Positions 7,188-14,332 of a stretch of 24,000 nucleotides of DNA are shown piece after piece. The position numbers were made by a program, and so were the translations under genes. The notes below the pieces were generated by a model. That model saw only the letters and a list, made by a program, of their open reading frames with translations. It did not search any database and was not told where the DNA came from. This DNA comes from Candidatus Nanoarchaeia archaeon (GTDB taxonomy: Archaea > Nanobdellota > Nanobdellia > SCGC-AAA011-G17 > JAFCDX01). The stretch spans positions 742,450 through 766,449 of the forward strand of contig JBAZJB010000001.1 of assembly GCA_041651575.1 (NCBI GenBank). Reading direction: 5' to 3'. The stretch's first letter is position 1. The number at the start of each line of letters is the position of its first letter.

Positions 7188-9530
7188 ATGCCAAGTCAAA
7201 ATTATGATTTTAAAGCTTCAGAAAAGAAGTGGAAGGAATATTGGGAAAAGAATAAGGTTTACAAATTTGATATAAATTCAAAAAAACCCATTTATTCTAT
7301 TGATACCCCTCCTCCATATATTTCTGGAAAAATGCATATAGGTCATGCTTTTTCATATTCACAACAAGATTTTATAGCAAGATACCAAAGAATGTCTGGA
7401 AAAAATGTATTTTACCCTTTTGGTACAGATGATAATGGATTACCTACAGAAAGATTTGTAGAAAAAATGAATAATGTTAAAAGTATAAATATGGATAGGG
7501 CAACATTTATAGAACTTTGTTTAAAAACACTCAAGGAAACTACTTTTGGATTTATACAAGATTGGAAAGATATTGCAATGAGCGCAGATTTTAATATATA
7601 TTATTCTACTATAGATAAACCTACTCAAAAAGTTTCTCAAAAATCTTTTATTGATTTATTTAAACAAGGAGATATTTATGTTCAAGAATTTCCAACTTTG
7701 TGGTGTGTAGATTGTAGAACTACAGTTGCACAAGCAGAATTGGAAGATAAACATTTAGAAAGTTTATTTTCTACATTGAAATTTAAAGCAAATGGAAAAG
7801 ATTTGTTGATAGCAACAACAAGACCAGAATTATTACCTGCCTGTGTTGCAGTATTTGTAAATCCTACTGATGATAGATATAAAAATTTAGTTGGTAAGAA
7901 AGCAAAAGTTCCTTTATTTAATTTTGAAGTTCCTATAATTGCAGATGAATCAGCTTCTATAGAAAAAGGAACAGGAGTATTGATGGTTTGTTCTTATGGA
8001 GATAAATATGATGCACAAGCAATTACAAAACATAAACTTTCACCTAAAATAATTTTCAATCAAGATGGGACTTTAAACTTCGGAAATTATAAAGGACTTA
8101 AAATAAGAGAAGCAAGAAAACAAATTCTTGAAGATTTAAAAAATGCAAATTTAATTACTGAACAAAAACCAATAAGTCATATTGTTAATGTACATGATAG
8201 ATGTGGAACTGAAATTGAATTATTGCCTACAAAACAATGGTTCATAAAAATATTGGATAAAAAGAAAAAATTAATAGAACAAGGTAAGAAAATAAATTGG
8301 TATCCTGAATTTATGTTTAAAAGATATGAAAATTGGGTTCAAGGATTAGAATGGGATTGGTCTATTTCAAGAGATAGACATTTTGGTATTCCTATTCCAG
8401 TTTGGGAATGTGAAAAATGTAAAGAAATTATTTTGCCTTTAGAAAAAGAATTACCTATAGATCCTTTACAAACAAAAAAGAAATGTCCTAAATGTAAACA
8501 AGATGCAAAAGGTGAGGAAAAAGTTTTAGATACTTGGGCAACATCTTCTTTATCTCCACAAATAGCTTCTTCTTTAGTTAATAATAAAGTAAAAATTCCA
8601 TTTTCTTTAAGACCACAAGCTCATGATATAATTAGAACTTGGGCATTTTATACAATAACAAAATCGTTTTTACATGAAAAAGAAATTCCTTGGAAAGATA
8701 TTACTATTTCAGGGTATGTTACAATGGGTGGAGAAAAAATGTCTAAATCTAAAGGCAATATTATTGATCCTAGGCAGGTTTTAGATAAATATGGAACAGA
8801 TGCTTTAAGATTCTGGGCAGCAGGTTCTAAATTAGGAGAAGATTTAGACTATCAAGAAAAAGATTTAGTTACAGGACAGAAATTAATAACAAAATTATGG
8901 AATGCTTCCAAATTCGTTGAAATGCATTTACAAGATTACAAAGAAAAAGAAAATAAAAAGTTAGAAAAGTTTGATGAATGGTTATTAATAAAATTAAATA
9001 ATTTAATTAAAGAATGTACAGAAGAATTTGAAAGTTATTCTTATTCAAAACCAAAACAAAAGTTAGAAAATTTCTTTTGGCATATATTTTGTGATAATTA
9101 TTTAGAAATCGTTAAAGATAGATTATATAATCCAGATAAAAGAGGAAAAGAATCTAGATTATCTGCACAATATACTTTACATAAAACTTTGATTTGTTTA
9201 TTGAAGATGTTAAGTCCAATAACTCCTTTTATTACAGAAGAAATTTATCAAGAAACTTTAAAGAAAAAAGAAAGCATACATTTAACTTCTTGGCCAGAGT
9301 ATGATAAGAAGAATGATAAAAAATTGGAAGAACAAGGAGATTTGGTTTTGGAAATAATTAATGAAGTAAGACAATTCAAAACAAAAAATAATAAATCTAT
9401 GAAAGAGCCAGTTATTATTACAATAGAAAAGAAAAATGAAAAAGTTATAAAAGAATTTTATGATGATTTGAAAGCTGTTACAAGTGCAAAAGATATTAAA
9501 TTCGGAGATAAATTAAAAATAGAATTTTAG
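7188..9530 (+). CDS. valS: valyl-tRNA synthetase (compact form)
   Basis: DTPPPYISGKMHIGHAFSYSQQDFIARYQRMSG...GTDDNGLPTE, WCVDCRTTVAQAELE and KMSKSKGN match archaeal ValRS. I prefer ATG 7188 (MPSQNYDF) to the track's TTG 7173, because of its spacing to the TATA element and a GGAG at 7175..7178. Confidence 0.85.
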   Translation: MPSQNYDFKASEKKWKEYWEKNKVYKFDINSKKPIYSIDTPPPYISGKMHIGHAFSYSQQDFIARYQRMSGKNVFYPFGTDDNGLPTERFVEKMNNVKSINMDRATFIELCLKTLKETTFGFIQDWKDIAMSADFNIYYSTIDKPTQKVSQKSFIDLFKQGDIYVQEFPTLWCVDCRTTVAQAELEDKHLESLFSTLKFKANGKDLLIATTRPELLPACVAVFVNPTDDRYKNLVGKKAKVPLFNFEVPIIADESASIEKGTGVLMVCSYGDKYDAQAITKHKLSPKIIFNQDGTLNFGNYKGLKIREARKQILEDLKNANLITEQKPISHIVNVHDRCGTEIELLPTKQWFIKILDKKKKLIEQGKKINWYPEFMFKRYENWVQGLEWDWSISRDRHFGIPIPVWECEKCKEIILPLEKELPIDPLQTKKKCPKCKQDAKGEEKVLDTWATSSLSPQIASSLVNNKVKIPFSLRPQAHDIIRTWAFYTITKSFLHEKEIPWKDITISGYVTMGGEKMSKSKGNIIDPRQVLDKYGTDALRFWAAGSKLGEDLDYQEKDLVTGQKLITKLWNASKFVEMHLQDYKEKENKKLEKFDEWLLIKLNNLIKECTEEFESYSYSKPKQKLENFFWHIFCDNYLEIVKDRLYNPDKRGKESRLSAQYTLHKTLICLLKMLSPITPFITEEIYQETLKKKESIHLTSWPEYDKKNDKKLEEQGDLVLEIINEVRQFKTKNNKSMKEPVIITIEKKNEKVIKEFYDDLKAVTSAKDIKFGDKLKIEF

Positions 9531-9564
9531 AAAAGTTTATATATATCTATTTTATTTTAACATT

Positions 9565-11496
9565 ATGAAAAAGAGTAATTTGTTGATTTTATTTGTTTTA
9601 ATTTTTTCTTTGGCTTTTATGTCTGCTTGTACTGTTCAATTATCTGGTAAAAATTTACCTAAAATTAATCCTAGTTGTTGTGTTGTTACAGATGTTAATA
9701 ATGGAGGTATTTTAGGTTGCGTTCAAGGTTTTAATTTAAAAAATAGTCAATCAGAATGTTATAATAAATTTTTTTCTTTAGGTAATACACAATGGGCTTC
9801 TGATTACTGTGATAAATTACCTCAATGTCAAGATACTACTTACAGTTGTATGGGTTATGATTACTCCTCAAATATAACTTACCAGTTGGTTAATATGGAG
9901 GGAAGATGTGTAGATAATACTAATTCATATCTATGTTCAAATGGAACAATTTCTTTAATTTCGACTAACGGATGCGTAACTCCTCAAGGATGTTTAGATT
10001 CAGATGATGGAATAAATATTTATGTGAAAGCAAAAGGAGGACTCTTGATAAATGGAACTTGGGGTTATAATGAAGAAATGTGTTACGATTCAAATTTTGG
10101 TATTTATAATGATGCTCCAGAAGGATGTACAGATTATACAACTGGTCATGGAAATGGTTTATGTGTACTAGAGATGTTTTGTGATGCCCTTAATCAACAA
10201 CAAACTAGAATTTACAAATGTCCAAATGGTTGTTCAAATGGGGCATGTTTGTCCGTAACTAATGAAACATGTACAGATACCGATGGAGGAATTGATTATT
10301 TAAATTTTGGAGTTATTTCTAATAATACTATGGTTGGAACATTTTCAGATAGTTGTATTAGTTCTTTAGATGGGGACGGTAGTAATGTATATGAAGGAGA
10401 TAGAATTGTAGAATATTTTTGTGGTAATGGCGGAGAATGGTCTTTTAGTTTGGTTACTTGTGAATATGGTTGTAGAAATGGAACATGCGTAAAACAATAT
10501 GATCCCTCTTTACAAAAGTATTATGTAAATCCTAGCTCTAATTTATGTACTGATACAGATAGCTCAATTAATTATTATGGTTACTTTACTAAAGGAAATA
10601 TTACTCATTATAATCCTTATAATAAAGTTAATGAATCCTTTGGAGATGGTTGTATGAATGATCCAATTGAGCAGAAGAATGTTTATGAAGGGGATTATTT
10701 AGGAGAAGCTAATTGTAGGGGAAGTTTTTATGATAATTTCATTAATTATAGTGCATTAAGTGTAGATATTTTCAAATGTCCAAATGGATGTGTAAATGGA
10801 GCATGTTTTTTAACCAATTCTAAAGTAATATCTTGTGATAGATTAATTTATCATCCAGAACAGAATGATAATGAACCGACAATTTTAGATAGAATTAATT
10901 TCTGTAAAAATAATGGTTTATATTATGCAGGAATTATGTTAGAAGGAGATCAATTCCATTGGTATGGGAATTGTTTAGATGATCCAAACAATGGGTGGGG
11001 TTATATAACTGATTTAAGAATTTGTAATTATAAATCTTGTGTAGATTCAGATAATGGAATAAATTATAGTATAAAAGGAGTTGTACAAGGATATGCAAAT
11101 AGTCCTTCGATACCTTTTAATCTTACTGATACTTGTTTACTTGAAGATGGCTCAAATGTATTAGCTGGTCCAAATATTGTGGAAGGTATTTGCGAAGATG
11201 GTTTCTGGGCATTTGGAAATATTTATACTTGTCCAAATGGATGTTATGATGGAGTTTGTATTACTCAATGCCAGTATACTTTAACTAACTGTCCTTCTTG
11301 GTCATTATGTTCTTCATCGGGCGGTCAATATTGTGCTGCAACAGGATGTAATGTTTTATTGATGAGAAGATGTTCTCCAAGCACATGTCCACAACAGTAT
11401 ACAGAAACAACTTGTCCTTCATGGACAGCTTGTGATCAAACTGGATATAAATATTGTGCAGTCGTAGGATGTTCTTCTTTAAGTAAAAAGTGTTAA
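9565..11496 (+). CDS. cysteine-rich secreted or lipid-anchored protein with four six-cysteine CxD(S/T)DxG...CxxGCxxGxC modules and a C-terminal tandem CPSW repeat
   Basis: Signal peptide with a lipobox-like FMSA|C (MKKSNLLILFVLIFSLAFMSAC). About 60 Cys in 643 aa. Modules are detailed in the next two features. Many N-x-S/T sequons. Confidence 0.85.
   Translation: MKKSNLLILFVLIFSLAFMSACTVQLSGKNLPKINPSCCVVTDVNNGGILGCVQGFNLKNSQSECYNKFFSLGNTQWASDYCDKLPQCQDTTYSCMGYDYSSNITYQLVNMEGRCVDNTNSYLCSNGTISLISTNGCVTPQGCLDSDDGINIYVKAKGGLLINGTWGYNEEMCYDSNFGIYNDAPEGCTDYTTGHGNGLCVLEMFCDALNQQQTRIYKCPNGCSNGACLSVTNETCTDTDGGIDYLNFGVISNNTMVGTFSDSCISSLDGDGSNVYEGDRIVEYFCGNGGEWSFSLVTCEYGCRNGTCVKQYDPSLQKYYVNPSSNLCTDTDSSINYYGYFTKGNITHYNPYNKVNESFGDGCMNDPIEQKNVYEGDYLGEANCRGSFYDNFINYSALSVDIFKCPNGCVNGACFLTNSKVISCDRLIYHPEQNDNEPTILDRINFCKNNGLYYAGIMLEGDQFHWYGNCLDDPNNGWGYITDLRICNYKSCVDSDNGINYSIKGVVQGYANSPSIPFNLTDTCLLEDGSNVLAGPNIVEGICEDGFWAFGNIYTCPNGCYDGVCITQCQYTLTNCPSWSLCSSSGGQYCAATGCNVLLMRRCSPSTCPQQYTETTCPSWTACDQTGYKYCAVVGCSSLSKKC
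9991..11259 (+). repeat. four divergent protein-level copies of the six-cysteine module (nt 9991..10248, 10270..10488, 10546..10803, 11038..11259)
   Basis: Module starts are CLDSDDGINIY, CTDTDGGIDY, CTDTDSSINY and CVDSDNGINY. Module ends are CPNGCSNGAC, CEYGCRNGTC, CPNGCVNGAC and CPNGCYDGVC. Coordinates were checked against TGT codons at 9991, 10270, 10546 and 11038. Confidence 0.8.
11269..11493 (+). repeat. two tandem ~36-aa cysteine repeats (CQYTLTNCPSWSLCSSSGGQYCAATGCNVLLMRRC and CPQQYTETTCPSWTACDQTGYKYCAVVGCSSLSKKC)
   Basis: Direct reading of the C-terminal 75 aa shows the shared pattern T-x-CPSW-x-x-C-x(4-5)-YCA-x-x-GC-x(6)-C. Confidence 0.75.
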
Positions 11497-11580
11497 TTTA
11501 TTTTTATTTATTTGAATGATATTTAATATAAAACTTTATTCGTTTTGTACAACTTTTATAATAATTATTAAACAATTAAC

Positions 11581-11588
11581 TTTAAATA
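11581..11588 (+). promoter_or_regulatory. TATA box TTTAAATA for the aRF1 gene (leaderless spacing)
   Basis: The centre lies about 25 nt upstream of ATG 11610, and no SD sequence lies between them. Confidence 0.45.
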
Positions 11589-11609
11589 ATATTCTCAATT
11601 TTAATTACT

Positions 11610-12701
11610 ATGAATATCAAAGAAAGATACAAACTAAAAAAAACCTTAAAAGAATTAGAAGGAATTAGGGGAAGACATACAGAATTGGTTTCTGTTTATG
11701 TTCCTGCAGGTTATGAATTAGTTAAAATTTTAAATCATTTATTCCAAGAGCAAGGAACTGCTTCTAATATTAAAGATAAAACAACAAGAATGCATGTTAT
11801 AGATTCTATTGAAAGAATGATACAACATTTAAGATTATTTAAAAGAACTCCAATAAATGGATTAGCTGTTTTTGCAGGTAATGCTTCTGAAAAAGAAAAT
11901 AAAGTCGATATTAAAGTTTGGTCTATAGAACCTCCTGAACCAATTAATATGCGAGTATATAGGTGTGATCAAACTTTTTTATTAGAACCTTTAATAGATA
12001 TGATTAATATTAAAGAAACATTTGGTTTAATAGTTCTTGATAAAAGAGAAGCCAATGTTGGATTATTAAGAGGAACAAATATTAAAAATTTAGTTACAAT
12101 GACTTCAGGTGTTCCTGGAAAAGTAAAAACTGGAGGTTTCTCACAGCAAAGATACTCAAGATTAAGAGATGAGGCAGCTCACGAATTTTATAAAAGAGTT
12201 GCAGAATTTGCAAATAAAGAATTTTTTAACAAGCCAGACTTAAAAGGAGTATTGATTGGAGGACCAGGAACAACTAAGCAAGAATTTGTAGATGGAAATT
12301 ATTTATTAACTGAAATAAGAAAAAAAATAATTGCGGTAAAAGATTTATCTTATACTGGAGAATCTGGTTTGCATGATTTAGTAGAAAGAAGTCACGAAGT
12401 TCTTGCAGAAGAAGAAATAACTGTGGAAAAAGAAATTATGCAAAAGTTTTTTGAAAAATTAGCAAGAGAAGAAGAAAAAACAACTTATGGATTAGTTGAA
12501 ACTAAAAAAGCATTAGCTTTAGGTGCCGTAGATACTTTACTCTTATCTGAAAATTTACCTGATAAACAGATAGAAGAACTTGAAGAAGAAGCAGAAAAAT
12601 ATAAAACAGAAGTAAAGATGATTTCTACTGAATCAAGAGAAGGAGTACAATTAAAAGACATTGGTGGAGTAGCAGCTATACTCAGATATCCTATAAAATA
12701 A
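11610..12701 (+). CDS. prf1: peptide chain release factor aRF1 homologue, compact (363 aa), with GGF in place of GGQ
   Basis: Matches the a/eRF1 pattern: GRHTELVSVYVP, TASNIKDKTTR (NIKS-type loop), YRCDQTF (YxCxxxF) and PGKVKTGGFSQQRYSRLRDEAAHEFYKRVAE (GGQ region). Codons 12132..12140 read GGA GGT TTC. Confidence 0.85.
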   Translation: MNIKERYKLKKTLKELEGIRGRHTELVSVYVPAGYELVKILNHLFQEQGTASNIKDKTTRMHVIDSIERMIQHLRLFKRTPINGLAVFAGNASEKENKVDIKVWSIEPPEPINMRVYRCDQTFLLEPLIDMINIKETFGLIVLDKREANVGLLRGTNIKNLVTMTSGVPGKVKTGGFSQQRYSRLRDEAAHEFYKRVAEFANKEFFNKPDLKGVLIGGPGTTKQEFVDGNYLLTEIRKKIIAVKDLSYTGESGLHDLVERSHEVLAEEEITVEKEIMQKFFEKLAREEEKTTYGLVETKKALALGAVDTLLLSENLPDKQIEELEEEAEKYKTEVKMISTESREGVQLKDIGGVAAILRYPIK

Positions 12702-12711
12702 AAACAAAAAG

Positions 12712-12719
12712 TTTAAATA
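12712..12719 (+). promoter_or_regulatory. TATA box TTTAAATA for the 12742/13153 gene pair
   Basis: The centre lies about 26 nt upstream of ATG 12742. The 13153 gene follows after only 18 nt. Confidence 0.45.
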
Positions 12720-12741
12720 TTCATTAAATTTAATATTTATC

Positions 12742-13134
12742 ATGGATAACAGAGACAAAGTGGTGATTGGTTCTGCGATATTAGTTGTTTTAGCAGTATT
12801 AATTGTTTTAAATAATACTGTAAATTATAATACTGGTCAAGCTATGAGAGCAGGTAATTGTTATGATACAGATAGTGGAGATAATAAATATGCAAGAGGA
12901 ACCCTTTCAGGCCATATATACCCTTCACAAGAACAAATTAATGAAAGGGACTATTGTGTATATTATGAAGATGATCCAGGAAAAAAAGATGTTTTAAAAG
13001 AATATTATTGTTTAAAAGATGTTTCTGAAAATTGTTTAGATAATGATCCAGATACAGATTGCGATAAATCTGCATATTCATCTAAATTTTTGATTTGTGA
13101 ATATGGTTGCAAGAACGGAGCTTGCGAGAGATAA
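12742..13134 (+). CDS. small secreted six-cysteine-module protein, paralogue 1 (130 aa, two extra Cys)
   Basis: Signal or anchor MDNRDKVVIGSAILVVLAVLIVL...NTG|QA. Module motifs are CYDTDSGDNKYARGTLSG...RDYC...LKEYYC...ICEYGCKNGAC. Confidence 0.85.
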   Translation: MDNRDKVVIGSAILVVLAVLIVLNNTVNYNTGQAMRAGNCYDTDSGDNKYARGTLSGHIYPSQEQINERDYCVYYEDDPGKKDVLKEYYCLKDVSENCLDNDPDTDCDKSAYSSKFLICEYGCKNGACER

Positions 13135-13152
13135 TTTTATTTTAATTTAAAA

Positions 13153-13503
13153 ATGAAACTATTTGAAGGTTTTACAAGAAAATTAGTAATAGTTTTTGTA
13201 ATATTGTCTTTATATCTTTTATTTTTTTCAACAGGAATTTTTGATATGGTTACAGGATATAATCTTAAAGTAGCACATTGTGAAGATACAGATAAAGGTT
13301 CTATTTATGTAAAAGGAACTATTTCTGGGCAGACAGATATTAATGCGGCTATTGAACCAAAAACAGATTATTGTTCTTTAGAAGATAAAGAAATTTTAAA
13401 AGAATTTCAATGTGATCTTTTAACACCAAATAATTGGAGATCTTTTCCAATAAATTGTACTAATTATGGTATGAGATGTGTAGATGGTGCTTGTATAAAT
13501 TAG
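13153..13503 (+). CDS. small secreted six-cysteine-module protein, paralogue 2 (116 aa)
   Basis: Hydrophobic N-terminus LVIVFVILSLYLLFF...VTG|YN. Module motifs are CEDTDKGSIYVKGTISG...TDYC...LKEFQC...CTNYGMRCVDGAC. Confidence 0.8.
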   Translation: MKLFEGFTRKLVIVFVILSLYLLFFSTGIFDMVTGYNLKVAHCEDTDKGSIYVKGTISGQTDINAAIEPKTDYCSLEDKEILKEFQCDLLTPNNWRSFPINCTNYGMRCVDGACIN

Positions 13504-13508
13504 AAATA

Positions 13509-13515
13509 TTTATAA
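13509..13515 (+). promoter_or_regulatory. TATA box (TTTATAA) for the 13538 gene
   Basis: It lies within GAAATATTTATAAG, about 26 nt upstream of the ATG. Confidence 0.4.
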
Positions 13516-13529
13516 GTACCTTTCTTTAT

Positions 13530-13628
13530 ATTAAATTATGGATACAAAAGACAAAACTATAATCGGATTAGTAGTTTTGCTCGTTTTAGCAGTACTTTTG
13601 GCATCTGGTATTTTAACTACAGGAAAAG
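13530..13628 (+). repeat. 99-bp block 100% identical to 13925..14023 (8 nt upstream of the ATG plus codons 1-30 and one further nt)
   Basis: Base-by-base comparison at a 395-nt offset. Identity starts at 13530/13925 and ends at 13628/14023. Confidence 0.9.
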
Positions 13629-13858
13629 CTATCAAAGTTTCTTGTGAAGATACAGATGGCGATAGTATTTATTTGCAAGGAGCTGTAAGTGGAACTGATT
13701 CTGGAGGAAGTGCTTTTGGACCTTATGCGGATTTTTGTTCTGTAGAAGATTCAAATATTTTAGTTGAATACACTTGTGATCAATTCCAAGCAGGTGGGTA
13801 TAAGAGAGAAACTAAATCTTGCGGAAAAGGCTGCGAAAACGGAGCATGTAAACAATAA
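13538..13858 (+). CDS. small secreted six-cysteine-module protein, paralogue 3 (106 aa)
   Basis: MDTKDKTIIGLVVLLVLAVLLASGILTTG|K. Module motifs are CEDTDGDSIYLQGAVSG...ADFC...LVEYTC...CGKGCENGAC. Confidence 0.85.
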   Translation: MDTKDKTIIGLVVLLVLAVLLASGILTTGKAIKVSCEDTDGDSIYLQGAVSGTDSGGSAFGPYADFCSVEDSNILVEYTCDQFQAGGYKRETKSCGKGCENGACKQ

Positions 13859-13865
13859 ATTAAAA

Positions 13866-13886
13866 TTTTTTTATTTTTCTTTTTTT
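13866..13886 (+). terminator. oligo-T tract (T7-A-T5-C-T7) after paralogue 3
   Basis: T runs begin 8 nt after stop 13856..13858. Confidence 0.45.
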
Positions 13887-13905
13887 AATTTAATTTAGAA
13901 ACATT

Positions 13906-13913
13906 TAAATATA
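13906..13913 (+). promoter_or_regulatory. TATA box TTTAAATA for the 13933 gene
   Basis: It lies within GAAACATTTAAATATAG, and its centre is about 24 nt upstream of the ATG. Confidence 0.45.
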
Positions 13914-13924
13914 GCTTATTCTTA

Positions 13925-14023
13925 ATTAAATTATGGATACAAAAGACAAAACTATAATCGGATTAGTAGTTTTGCTCGTTTTAGCAGTACTTTTGGCATC
14001 TGGTATTTTAACTACAGGAAAAG
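13925..14023 (+). repeat. second copy of the 99-bp identical block (see 13530..13628)
   Basis: Same comparison as for 13530..13628. Confidence 0.9.
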
Positions 14024-14259
14024 TAACTAACGCATTTTCTTGTTCAGATACAGATGTTGGAAGTAGATTTATACAAGGAACAATAACAGGATCTGTAGGT
14101 GGAAATTCTTTTGAACTTACAGATTACTGTAATGCGGATGGAACTTTAAAAGAATATTCCTGTGGTATTAATAGATGGTATTATGGGGATACAGACGAAG
14201 AAGGTCAACCTGCATTGATTTGTCCAAATGGCTGCGAAAACGGAGCATGCCTACAATAA
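13933..14259 (+). CDS. small secreted six-cysteine-module protein, paralogue 4 (108 aa)
   Basis: The first 30 aa are identical to paralogue 3. Module motifs are CSDTDVGSRFIQGTITG...TDYC...LKEYSC...ICPNGCENGAC. Confidence 0.85.
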   Translation: MDTKDKTIIGLVVLLVLAVLLASGILTTGKVTNAFSCSDTDVGSRFIQGTITGSVGGNSFELTDYCNADGTLKEYSCGINRWYYGDTDEEGQPALICPNGCENGACLQ

Positions 14260-14266
14260 ATTAAAA

Positions 14267-14287
14267 TTTTTATTTTTTATTTTTTTT
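14267..14287 (+). terminator. oligo-T tract (T5-A-T6-A-T8) after paralogue 4
   Basis: T runs begin shortly after stop 14257..14259 and are homologous to the tract at 13866..13886. Confidence 0.45.
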
Positions 14288-14303
14288 AATTTATATAGAA
14301 ATA

Positions 14304-14311
14304 TTTATAAA
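14304..14311 (+). promoter_or_regulatory. TATA box (TTTATAAA) for the 14333/14730 gene pair
   Basis: It lies within GAAATATTTATAAATA, about 25 nt upstream of ATG 14333. The 14730 gene starts 1 nt after the 14333 gene's stop. Confidence 0.4.
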
Positions 14312-14332
14312 TAATTAGATATTTAAATAAAT

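Noticed and set aside
11497-11609. Small non-coding RNA (such as a C/D box sRNA) in the larger intergenic gaps 2624..2796 and 11497..11609
   Set aside because: I found only weak partial C-box-like strings (AATGATAT, TGAAATGAGC). There is no matching D box (CTGA) at an appropriate distance and no terminal stem. Promoter and terminator elements explain these regions better.
13530-14023. Possible CRISPR array or other short-repeat array, suggested by the identical 99-bp blocks and similar spacers
   Set aside because: There are only two copies. The repeats are coding (signal peptide plus the 8 nt upstream of the ATG) and the unit is about 395 bp. The region has no CRISPR-like repeat-spacer periodicity, and no cas genes are in the window.
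13629-14229. Diversity-generating retroelement (template/variable repeat pair) as the cause of the diverged central segments
   Set aside because: No reverse transcriptase gene is in the window. Differences between the two central segments affect all four bases and include indels rather than adenine-specific substitutions. Neither copy is non-coding. A DGR elsewhere in the genome cannot be excluded.
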